The notes under the pieces: model-generated
Told to the model about the DNA's origin: nothing
The model's database searches: none
Seen by the model: the letters and a program-made list of their open reading frames with translations, nothing else
DNA from: the human T2T-CHM13v2.0 reference genome, Homo sapiens
Assembly: GCF_009914755.1 (NCBI RefSeq)
Contig: NC_060935.1
Length of the DNA stretch: 64,000 nucleotides
Direction: 5' to 3' (one strand)
Shown here: one piece after another, positions 42,161 to 54,760 of the stretch
Layout: each line of letters starts with the position of its first letter
Numbering within the stretch: position 1 is the first letter of the stretch
Program-made: the position numbers and the translations under genes

Positions 42161-43657
42161 AGTGTGACTTTTCATAAGTAAACTTTAAGTTTTTTATTTC
42201 AAAAATAACACATCAAGTGTTAAAAAATAAATTTAAAATCACATTTAATTCCACCACACGGAAAACCAGAGGAAGTTACTTTTAAATTAAAATGTTCCTA
42301 GAAATAGCTTAAAGATTTTATATCTAATACTATAAATTGAGTATATTAAATGCATTAGGGACCTACTATTTTATAAGCAATTTCTCTGGTTTGATACATT
42401 TTCTTTGAAAAAAGAAAAAAGAAACCCGTATTGCATTTTGCTTACTATGTTTTTTAAGTCTCTAGGGTTACTTGTTACCTTCATACTCGTTTCATTAAGT
42501 TTATTACCAGATAAAACAGGGTCTACATTCTTCCTTGAATATAAATCAGTTTCCTAATTCTGTCCTCTAGAACTGTCTTCATTTTTCTTTACTTTATACA
42601 AGTTAAGGCAAACACTCACTTCCAACACCCCTGAGAACTTAGATCTAGCTCTGCTGATTCTGCAAAGTTCTCATTTGCTAAGTGCTCCCTAGCCTGCTTT
42701 CCATCAAAAGTTACAATAGTGTTTTCACTACTTCTTAATTATCCATACTACTGGGCTCTGGTTTCCTTGTGAGCAAAAGCAAATAATAATTGGTGCAACT
42801 GCATTTTTCTTTGTTTAGATTATTATTCTTTTCTCTATAGAGTTTGATTTGACACAGCATTTTCTGTTTTTGTAATTATATATGCAAACATTTTTCCCCA
42901 AACTCTAAACCTCATACTATTGACTCCTTCATTTCTCAGTAATCCTTGACCCTATTTCTGGGTGCCTCAATACAGGTTACTAGATTTTCTCATGCTTCTC
43001 CTTTTTATAAAGTGAGGGCATTGCTTTTTTATGCTAATTTCCCAGATGTGATCCTGCTTTAATTACCTACAAAATTAAATTACCATTTAATCAAATTTTA
43101 TTTGTAGAGATTGTGCCTCACTGTTTAGTCACAGTAGAGTCTATTGAATAGACCAATTATACTTACTGATAATCCTTGGTGAATTATTATTACTTATTAC
43201 AGTATTAAAGTATTCCATGAGTCTATACTATATGTATAATAATAACAAAAGTCACTTTTTTGGAGTGTTTACTATGTGGTAGGCATTTTTCTAAGCACTT
43301 GACATAAGTTAATTTATCCCAACAAATCTGTGATAACTTAATTGTCATCATTTTATGATGACACTCACATATAGAAATATTAAGTATATTGCCCAAGGTC
43401 ACATAGCTAATAAAAGATATGGCCACAGTTTGTACCTAGGCAGGCTGAGTGTCATGTTAGGTGTTTGTTCATAGGACATGTCAATGGCTGTCTAGATATA
43501 TACATGAACTTTCAAATAAGTATGTATTCTCTGAGGAGTTACCAAATGTGTTCATTTATTCAAAGTGCACTTACTAAGCATTGACTCAATGCCTCCATTA
43601 TGATACACTCCATAGAAAGAGATTCAGCAAACCAATATCTACACTTGAGGGAATTTA

Positions 43658-43729
43658 AATCTAGCTGAGATCTACAGATATAGATACGACACAATCTAGC
43701 TAAGGAGATCTAAGATACAGACACGACAC
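43658..43729. repeat. Imperfect 35-37 bp tandem duplication
   Basis: aatctagctgagatctacagatatagatacgacac / aatctagctaaggagatctaagatacagacacgacac. Confidence 0.7.
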
Positions 43730-44942
43730 CATCAAATAACAATAGAATCAACATTTGAGTAAAAGATTGCATAGAACAGCTTATCTCTGATACCAGAAAT
43801 CACAAAGTGGGAAAATAATTGTAGTATCCATTTTGTCAAGCCGTACAATGGACTTGCATTAGAGCATGAGTACACTCAAGATAAAAAGGAAATCTTGATA
43901 CTATGAATTTATTTGATTAAAAAAATACTTACTGAGCACCTACTATGTGTCAGGCACTGTTCTTGGTACTAATTGTTAAATGAGGGAATGGATGCATTAT
44001 TGAGAAAAATTACAAAATTACTTTCTCTTCAATAACTTTAAAAATAGGACAATATTTAGTTATGCACAGAGGCAGGGAGATGAGCTATGTGATGAAAATT
44101 ATACTTAATGATAACGGGATGACCTTGAAGGGGGACATGGCATAGCCCTCTCTGTGCTGTCCCATTAAGCTACCCAGGGAGAAGTCATTAAGTCATCTCA
44201 GGAGCTCACAGAGGTTCAAAGCTGCTGCTCTGTGCATCATTCAATCCAGTCCTTTATGCCTCCTTTTCCTCCCAAACTTTTTTGTAGAGCCTTCTGGAGC
44301 TAGATCTGTGATCAACAAACTCCAGTACATCCTCATTGCTCTGACCACTCCCTCTCCTGGCCTTGTTGAAAGTTGGTTATCCCCCAAGGCCACTTCTTCA
44401 CCTAAAACTTCTAAAGGCTATGGTCTCTCTTATTCCAAGTGTATCTAAGGGCTAGGATGTGGAGTAAGCATCCTTTTTGCTCTAATTACTGTTTTAAGCC
44501 ATTTGTCCCCCACTGTCTCTCAAAAACTGAAGCTCCTGCCTTGAGATTACAAGAATACCTTGTAGTTGTCAAATATCTACCTCCCCAGATGGCAGTCGCT
44601 CATCCCCCCTTTTTCACTGAAGGCTTTAGTTATGAGTTCTAGGTCTCCCAACTAAACTGTGAGCTTCTTGAGAACAGAGACCTCCTTTCCTTTGGTCATT
44701 CCTGGATCTCCAGCATCCAGAACAATGCTTGGAAGAAAACAGGTGCTCAGTTAACATCTGTTAAATAAACAAATCGGTTTTAAAATATATGTTATATGCT
44801 ACGTTCTTCAAATGTCTTGTTTCATTTAATCCCCATAACCATCTTACCAGGTATTATGACTATTATATTATCTTCTTTTGACAGATGAGGAAACAGAGGT
44901 TCAGAAGAGCTATTTGCTCAGAGTCACAAAACTGATGCAAAT

Positions 44943-45186
44943 TGTATTAGTCAGCATGGGTTGCTTTAACAAAATACCATAGACTAAGTGGCTTAAACAA
45001 GAGAAACTTACTTTTTCCACAATTCTGGGGGCTGAAAGTTCAAGATCAGTGTGCACAGGGAGAGAGAAAGAGTTTAACCCTAATTACTTTCTTAAAGACA
45101 CCATCTCCAAACACAGCCACACTGGGGGTTTGGAATTCAATATACATTCAGGGAGTAGGAGGAACAAGAATATTCAGTCCATAACA
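44943..45186 (-). mobile_element. Internally deleted MLT1A-type LTR nested in a MIR
   Basis: tgtattagtc...aacaaaataccatagactaagtggcttaaacaa...attcagtccataaca; flanks ttttgacagatgaggaaacagagg and gacagagccaggatccaaacc are MIR. Confidence 0.75.
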
Positions 45187-46786
45187 CTGACAGAGCCAGG
45201 ATCCAAACCTAGACTTGTCCAGCTCCAAAGCCTACATCCTAACTGCTGAATAAGGATGTCATATCGCCTCTGGGTCCCTCGCTCTGCCCCTGTCCTGAAC
45301 CACTACAGGCCAGGCTTCATGCATTGCCGGGATCATCTGTCTGGTTCTCTCACGGCACACATTCTCCTTGGAGTTGGGAGCTAATGGTGCAAGGCCTGTC
45401 TTCGCGCTTCAGTACATATGTGACCTGGAGCCAATAACTTAACAGCTCTGGATGTGCCTCCATTTCCACCTCTGTAACGGAAGATGATTCTAGGAACTTC
45501 TTTCAGGTGTTGAGGGAAAAAAGAAAATAGTCTTCTGACAAGTCCACTAAATGCTTTATGGCAAAAGCACCACATAATTCCAATATCTTGTTGCTATGAG
45601 TATTTCCCTGAATAACATTAACAAATGTGTAGATAAGCATGAGAGAAAGCAGCCTCCATCCCAGCAGGGTGACGCAGCCTATGGGAAAGGCCCTTAGAGG
45701 CTGTGACCAATATTTTCTGCTTCTTTCTCATTTGAATCATTGTGCTTTTGCTTTGTTTGAATGAAGTTTTTTGTTTTGTTTTTTGCTCGTATGCTCTATT
45801 TACAGGCTGGGAAGGATTATCCCAAGGGGATTGTTCTAGTAGGCAGCCTCAGGATCCCACTGAGATGGATGTCACCCTGTCTGGAAGTTCTCAGGAATGT
45901 TATTTACCCACTTGAGATCAATGGACATCTGAAGGTAGCCTAAATTATAATAACAGCTAACACTTATATAGCACTATGTAACAGGCATTGTTCTAAGCAC
46001 TACCGAGATATTAATGTCCGTTATTTCCACGATAACCACATTCTGAAGTAGATGATCCTCCTAGGTAGGTACTATAATAATCATTCCCATAGCTACTAAG
46101 CAGCTGAGCTGGGATTGGAACCAAAGGACTTTGGCTCTAGAACCTGTGCTCTGAAAGATGACAACTCAAGGCTTCTCCTTTTCCTGACATCTGTTGTTCC
46201 TCTCTGCCTGTCCCGTAGTCACGAGTGCTGAGAGATGGGGCCATCCTAGAGGACTGGGAAAGGAAGCATGGGGCCTTATGGGTAGAGGTGAGTCAGGGAG
46301 CACCATTGTGGGAACAGAAGCAGAAGCCAGAAGTCTGTGGGACCTGCAGTCACCATCTAACAGGGTTGGGGCTAGTCCCCCTCCAGGGTTCCCAGATCAA
46401 CCCTGTGGGTTCCCAGATCACTAACCAGCCTGCATTGTCACTATTAGCTCAATTATGTCCTCCAGGGGGCAGTGGGTTCCTCCAGGGCAAGGCTGGTGCC
46501 TAGGTCAGCTCAGTGGTCCCTCTGCAGACAGTGGCCAATGGCAGTAGGGCAGGGAACTGGGCCATCACCTGAACTATTGTGATCCTGGGCCCTAAAACAA
46601 TGCACTCACAGCCCAAGTGCTCATGAATGGGTAGATGAAATAGGCCAGGAAACACCACAATAAGCACTTATATAATGTTTCTTTAGTATTTCTAATTTCT
46701 TTACCTTTTATATGTTTCTGCTCCACACAAAGGCCCTTAAACTTGAATCACCTGAGGAGTTTGGTAAGAAGGCCCAAAACCACTGA

Positions 46787-47283
<497 letters not shown>

Positions 47284-47940
47284 CATTTTTCTAGAATATA
47301 ATATACAACCAGAAGTACTCATAAGTGTATACCTTACTAAACCTTTGCAAACTGAATATACCTATGTACCCAGTACCTAGATCAAGAAACAGAATATTAT
47401 CAGAAAAGTTTTTGGACCTTTAAACAAACATCATCATTAAATAAACAACATCCCAGTAATTCTCATGCAGGTCCCCTGAAGGCTGAGAAACACTACAGGA
47501 GTAATGAGCAGTAAAACTGAAAGCGGAAACGACTCGTGTGCATTTTTGAGGATAACAAGGACAAGATAACTAGAGAGATTAGTTCCGTGGACACTGGGAC
47601 CCCCCCCCCAGGGACAGAGTAGGTGGCATTGGCCTTGGGGTGGGGAGTGGAGAAGGCCAACTGAGCTGCCAACTGACTTTTTGGATACACAAGAAGCAGA
47701 GCTCATAAACTTCCAACACCTGAAGAGAGACCCTGAGGATTCAATAGGAGAAAAGTTCATGAATGCCAGGTGCAGGCCTCAGGTTATTAAACAGCTAAAA
47801 GCAAACAAGCTTTCAGAGCAAAGGCAGAGGGGCCTTATGGGCTTTAGTCATTGAGTCACCTACTTAAAATGGATGTGTGTCCCTCCTTACAGGTTCCATC
47901 TGAACCAGAATGGATCAAGGCCTTCAGAGATTCATTCATT

Positions 47941-47961
47941 CTCTTTCTTTCTCTCTCTCTG

Positions 47962-47994
<33 letters not shown>
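47941..47994. repeat. Compound (TC)n(CA)n microsatellite
   Basis: ctctctctct...cacacacaca. Confidence 0.9.
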
Positions 47995-48682
47995 TGCCCC
48001 AAGACTTGCTTTTGAATGTTCTTTCCCATGCTCCATTTAGGGTCTTTTACTATGAATCAGACTCAATTTGATTCTTGAATTACCTCTGCCTTTTTCCTCC
48101 TAACTTTTCCTTTCTTCAAAATTTTTTGATTCCTGATGTACAGACTTAATGACAAAACTAAAAGTTGAAACCTGACCCTCTACAAAAATTAAAATATTGA
48201 GTGATGAGAAAAGAAGAGATGGTTGTTATCCTGATTATCACTTAATCACTCATCAGATTCTCAGAACACTGAAATCAGCCTGGCTCTTCCAAGCTGCATC
48301 TGTATTTTCCCTCTTGTATTAAAAGTCCTCCAGAGCCTAGCTGTTTATCAAGTATAGATATAGAAAGGGGCATAACAGGGAGTCACTTGGGCACTGGACT
48401 TTGAATAGTTTCTCTAGTTTTCTAATGTTAAATCACTAACAGTCCATCCAACTTATAAAACTATTTGTGTTGTATATTCAACAGAGGGATGGAAATTTTT
48501 TTTTTGTTTACTGGGTTTGGCTCCTGAATTCTTTCCCTAGAATTTATTTACTGTGGGAAAAGGGTTGAAAACATTTCAAAATAACTTTGGAAAGGAGTTT
48601 TCTGGGCCCTGTACAGATTTAAGATGAATAAAATGAGTAAACTTTTTGCCTAACTTTTTGTCTCCCAGCCAATCAGTAATAA

Positions 48683-48699
48683 GTCTCCATCTGGTGGTC
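48683..48699 (-). promoter_or_regulatory. Candidate CTCF site
   Basis: Minus strand gaCCACCAGATGGAGac fits the CTCF core; CCAAT box gccaatca just upstream. Confidence 0.4.
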
Positions 48700-49386
48700 C
48701 TATGGAGAGCTCAAGTATAGTTCATGCCCAGAAACGTAACATGGGGAACTTTTCACATTACACTATTGATTTATTCAATCATTCATTTATTCAACAAATT
48801 GTTATCGAGCATGAACTATGTGTCAGGCACTATGGTAGGTGCAGATCACCAAATGCAAACTCTCTTCCCTGGTCTCTCCTTTTTATATCTTGGTCGGGGC
48901 ACTCAGATAAATGAAGGAAATACAGCTCTCTAAAATCATCATCCTTCCCGTCCACCTGTCCCCTGCCTTCCCAGTGACCAGTTAGGAAGTTGCATAATTG
49001 AGAAAAAAAGTGATTCCCTCCAAACCTGGGTCTTCTATCAGTGTTGTTGTTAACATCTGTGTTTCTTCAGGATGATTTTTATGAGTCTAATGAGGGCCAG
49101 GAGGCTTCCTGGGCTTCACAAATCCAGCTGACATTGCAGCAAGCCTGCAGCCTCCCGGGAACTGTTGATTACAAGACCTGTTGATTGTATTGTATTGGGA
49201 CAACCAGCTCTGGCTAAACCAGTACACTCATCTGCTTTGCAGTATCAAAAATCAAGTGTTCCACCCAGATTCTTTTCTAATTTTCAAACTTTTGATCTCA
49301 TTCCAAATTACATGTTACAGTAGTTTGCATCAGCAGGATGACAGTCACTCTGGAAAATTGAAGGAGTGGCTCTGCTATATGTTTAA

Positions 49387-49741
<355 letters not shown>

Positions 49742-50189
49742 AACACTTTTCAAGTAGACATTTTCTTTTTAATAAAACAGAGCTCAAATTTAACAGTCTT
49801 ATGATGGGATTCAACATTTTTCCTTCATGCAGCTCAGGTGTGAGTACCTGGCTTTAAAGCAAATCCAGTATGTGAAAATGGGGATGCGTACCCATCAGTA
49901 CTGGGGCAAGAGATTCACTTCACAGAATGAATGCTGCTTTTCTTTACCGGAGGAATTTTCATAGTATTCTCTGGAAGGCATAAGCTTTCCTCATACCCAT
50001 AAACACTTAGTAAACTTTTAATTTAGGTACACTCTTTAGATAAGTGCTGTATAAAGAGAAGATTCAGATCAGGCAGATGGTGCATGTTATTTTTCAAGCA
50101 ATTACCTTATTTCAAATTAAATCCAAATGATTTTTCAACATCTGGTTGGCATTCAGTGCCTTGCCTAGATTGTTCTATTTTAAACATAA

Positions 50190-50297
50190 TGGAGTCTCAC
50201 TATGCTGCAGAAGCTGCAAACTGCTGGGCTCAAATAATTCTCCCAACTTGGCCTCCTGAGTAGCTGGGACTACAGGTATGCATCACCGTGCCCTGCC
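50190..50297 (-). mobile_element. FLAM-type Alu monomer
   Basis: ggagtctcactatgctg...ctgggctcaa...gtagctgggactacagg; repeated flank tgcctagattgtt. Confidence 0.75.
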
Positions 50298-51015
50298 TAG
50301 ATTGTTTTGATGTAAAGCTGCTTCAAGGCTTAGGTTAATAGTTACTCCTTTGTCACCCCTCAGATAATCTGTACCCTTTTCCCAGACTTGAAATCTTTTT
50401 AGCATTTATGTAGGTTTGTACTCTCCAGTTTGAATACGGCCCTAGAAATAGTTTTGGTTTTATTCATTTTATGAGGTTAGCCATGTGCCAGGCCCTTAAG
50501 AAATGCCTTAAAAAATATTGCAGTTGATGGAATGAAAAGAAGCTGTCACTGTTCCGAATCATGTCTTTTGGTTAGGAAGAATTCATCAGAATGAGATCTG
50601 ATCTTGGTCATAGGGCAGCATTTTATAGTGGCCTATACTTAGGCTGTCTTCATGGGCAAATTATTAAAATAAGAATAAGAAAGACCAGATATGAGTCCAA
50701 GCCAATCAGCAATGATCTCTCGTAGCCAGAGAGATTACTTCAGGAATGTGCAGGTGACCCTGCCTGGCCAATGGGAATCGGGGTCAGGATAGTTGTTGGA
50801 ACTGATGAGGGAGACAAACTCTCTTTTCTGCTGGTTTTAATTCTGGGAAAATATAAGTTAAAAGCATCTGCAGATTACCTTAAAGTGAAACCAGCACAGA
50901 AGAAAAACTGAGTGGTAGAGAAGCCCAAATCCTGATGATGTTTCTTGAGCCCTGTAGTTCAACAGTTCCAAGGCTAGACCTATTTTGGGGACTTTTCAAT
51001 TAAGTTAATAGGTAA

Positions 51016-51332
<317 letters not shown>

Positions 51333-51409
51333 TAATTTACTTCTCTATTTAGGCAAGTCAAGTTTGGGTGACTTTTTTTTTATCACTTCCTAACGAAAGG
51401 TCCCTGATT

Positions 51410-52190
51410 CCCCCATTTCCCCAACTCTTTTTTATATAAATTACCAAGACCTAAGGTTTCTCCCTCCAGAATATCACATATCCATTATGTCATCTCCATC
51501 TCAATGTCCATAATCTAGTTTGGGTTCTCATGAACTCTTGCTTGAATGTGCAAACTCTTAGTTTGTCTCTCAGCCTTCACTTTCTCCCCTTGCACTTACC
51601 TTTCCAGAAGCTGCCCGATTAATCCTTATAAAGCACAGATATTATGAAGGCACACTGCCCAAAAGCTTTTGCTGACTTCCATTGCCTACTGAATAAAGTT
51701 CAAATTCCTGAGTATGATATTTCAGCCCTTCTATATTCTACCTGCAATCTTTACCTTTCCAACTTTTATATTTTGCTGCATCTCTCATGTAATTTATACT
51801 CAAGGATTATGCTTTCCAGTTGGGTATTCAAATTTTTGAAGCAAGTTTGATATACGTGAACAGATGAACTTGCTATTTCCATATCCAAATCTGACAGCTT
51901 CTAATTCAAGTGACACCTTGTCCATGAAGCCTTCCCTAACACCACAGCTGAAAACTGTCTCCACCCTCTGAGCAGTTACAGCCCTTTGTCCCTTCATTAC
52001 TGAGCTATTACTTCCTCTTATCTTCCTACGTTTTATTATAGCTGCTTTATCTAGTCTGCTTTCTAGAATTTTTAACTATTAGATAGTCACTGTCCTTTCA
52101 GCAGGGTCTGTTTCAGATTTAATTTTTTGTGTACCCCATCACCTCCTCCCATGGTAATATTCCATACATGTTTACTGAATTGGTATAAAT
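51410..52190 (+). mobile_element. L2 fragment
   Basis: ttccagaagctgcc...cttccattgcctactgaataaagttcaaattcct...tccatgaagccttcccta. Confidence 0.6.
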
Positions 52191-52539
52191 GAAGGGATGA
52201 GAAAGGTGTATAATAGCTTCTTAGAAAACTTACTTTTTGATGACTACTTTAACTTATAAATAACCAATCTTATTGACCTATCCTAATTTATATATAGATT
52301 TCCTGTTGAAGTTCATCCGGACGCTTGAAAATTGGCTTTCTAAATACTAAATTTCATACTTTCCCCCTATTTTACACTATTAATCTGCCAGCACAAAAGT
52401 AAAATTTAGGTAAATCTTTGACAAAACTCATACAAATTCTAAACTATCATCTTGATGAGATTAAGTACCACAGATGAGTTTAATTGAAAGTGTCTCATGA
52501 TCAACAGCTCTCTTTGAATCATGTTAATAGAAGCAATAA

Positions 52540-52790
52540 CATGCATTTAAGTAGTGTGTTACACTTTACAAAGTGTTTCTACAGACATGACTTCATTCCT
52601 GTTTCACAACAACCTGGTGAGATCAGTAGGGTGGGAATTGTTGGCCCTGTTTTACCAATAAGGAAAAGGTAAGGTCTAAAAGAGGCTACCCAATTAGCAA
52701 GTTTCCATAACTAAGTAGATGACAGAACTAGGACTAAAACCCAAGATCTCTGAACCCTAGTCCAGACCTCTTCCAATTATTCCACACCAC
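52540..52790 (-). mobile_element. MIR SINE
   Basis: tttacaaagtgtttc...cacaacaacctg...gacagaactaggactaaaaccca. Confidence 0.7.
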
Positions 52791-53472
52791 CTACCTTAGA
52801 CTAACTGAGGTAACTTCATTCCCTTTCCAGTAATAGGTTTAGCAAAGGATGTATTATGACTATTGAATTCCAGCCATTGCAATACGAGGACAGGTGTGGG
52901 GAGTGGTATAAATTTGTTGCTCCTAAGACACATAAGAAAAGCCCCCTTTTGATTGTCTCCTGGATATAATTATACATGATGTTTGCTTGTTTCTCCATCT
53001 TGTCGCAAGCCTGAGGGCTGAGCCAATGCAGAAGAGGGGGCACCAAGAGAAGCAGAGAGGGAGCCTTGAGTGCCCCTCACCTGCAGCCACCCTGACCTTG
53101 AACTTCTTGATATGTATGATTTTTCATTTCCTTATTATTTTTTAAGCTAGAGTGAATTGGGATTTTCCATTACTTGCATGTAAAAGCATCTTAACAGAAA
53201 CAACATAGGAAACCTTATAAGAGAATTTGGGATAGAGAGTCCTGGGTTTTCATCCTCTCTCCAACACTCTGAACAGAGAATGTTACTTAACTGTTTGGAG
53301 CCTCAGGTTCTTGCCAGTAAAAAGAGGGATTCGAGCTACTACTGCTCAGGGTTATCCGGTCAAATGCAAGTAGTGGGAAGTATCTAGCACAGTATCTAGC
53401 ACATGATGCTATTATTATAATGATTATAAATGATCATTATTATTAAGATGGACTCCAACTATATCAGTGCCA

Positions 53473-54760
53473 TAGGTACTTTTTTAAAAGTGCAAAAGTA
53501 ATTTGGTGCAAAAGTATTTGCGGTTTCGGACTGTGAATTTTAAATTATTATCGCTAAGCTCAAACACATCTTTATTAATCAAAATAGGAACCATTACAGT
53601 TAACGCATTTTTGCCAACAAGTAATAAGTTTGTTTATTCCTATAGCGTAAAAATCTGTGCTTCAGGATTTGATGAACATTGGAGAGCATTTTCTGCATCC
53701 TGCTGGCTGAGGAAGCGTTTTTCCTGCAAAAGGCTGTCGAGATCCTTGAAGAAGTGGTAGTCGGTTGGTGAGAAGTCAGGTGAATATGGCGGATGAGGCA
53801 AAACTTCGTAACCCAGTTTGCTCAACTTATGGAAGCATTGGTTGTGCAATGTGCATTCGGGCGTTGTTGTGGAGAAGAACTGGGCCCCTTTCTGTTGACC
53901 GATGCGACCGTAGACCTTTCAGTTTTTGACACATCTCATCAATTTGCTGAGCATACTTCTCAGATGTAATGGCTTCACCGGGATTCAGCAAGTTGTAGTG
54001 GATCAGACTGGCAGCAGACCACCAAACAGTGACCATGACCTTTTTTGGTGCAAGTTTGGCTTTGGGAAGTGCTTTGGAGTGAGAAGAATCTAGTTCCAAC
54101 CACTGAGCTGGTCATCATCAGTTGTCATATGAAATCCACTTTTGTCGCACATCACAATCCAATCAAGAAATGGTTTGTTGTTGTTGCATAGAATAAGATG
54201 ACGCTTCAAAACGACATTTTTTTTTCTCAGCTCATGAGGCACCTATGAGTGGGTACTTATTGAGCTTTTTCACCTCTCCAATTTGCTTCAAATGCCAAAC
54301 AACCATAGAATGGTAGATGTTGAGTTTTTCAGCAACTTCTCGTGTTGTTTTAAGAGGTTCAGCTTCAATGACTGCTCTCGGTTGTTGTCAACTTCCGACG
54401 GCCAGTCACTATGCTCCTTATCTTCAAGGCTCTCCCCTCCTTTGCAAAACTTCTTGAACCACCACTGCACTGTACCTTCGTTAGCAGTTCCTGAGCCAAA
54501 TGTGTTGTTGATGTTGCAAATTGTCTCTGCTGCTTTACGACCCATTTTGAACTCGAATAAGAAAATTGCTCAAATTTGCTTTTTGTCTAACATCATTTTT
54601 ATAGTCGAAAATAAACAGCAAGTAAGAAGTCATTAGCAAAAAACATAAAGTGAGAAATGTACATTAAAGTGATATATAACATAACATTTAATAATGTATT
54701 CCAGTATCAAATGGCAAATTTCAACAATGCAAAAATCGCAGTAACTTTTGCACCAACCTA
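53473..54760 (-). mobile_element. Near full-length Hsmar1 mariner DNA transposon
   Basis: TIRs tggtgcaaaagtatttgcggttt (from 53504) and aatcgcagtaacttttgcaccaaccta (to 54760) followed by TA; about 1.29 kb. Confidence 0.95.
53575..54600 (-). pseudogene. Defective Hsmar1 transposase
   Basis: Fragments MGRKAAET..INN.FG.GTANE.TVQWWFKKFCKG, KKVMVTVWWSAA, HNNAR, HPPYSPDFSPTDYHFFK, GSYFD* spread over several frames. Confidence 0.93.

Noticed and set aside
53575-54600. SETMAR gene
   Set aside because: No SET-domain exons; multiple stops and frameshifts; both TIRs present, so an ordinary Hsmar1 fossil
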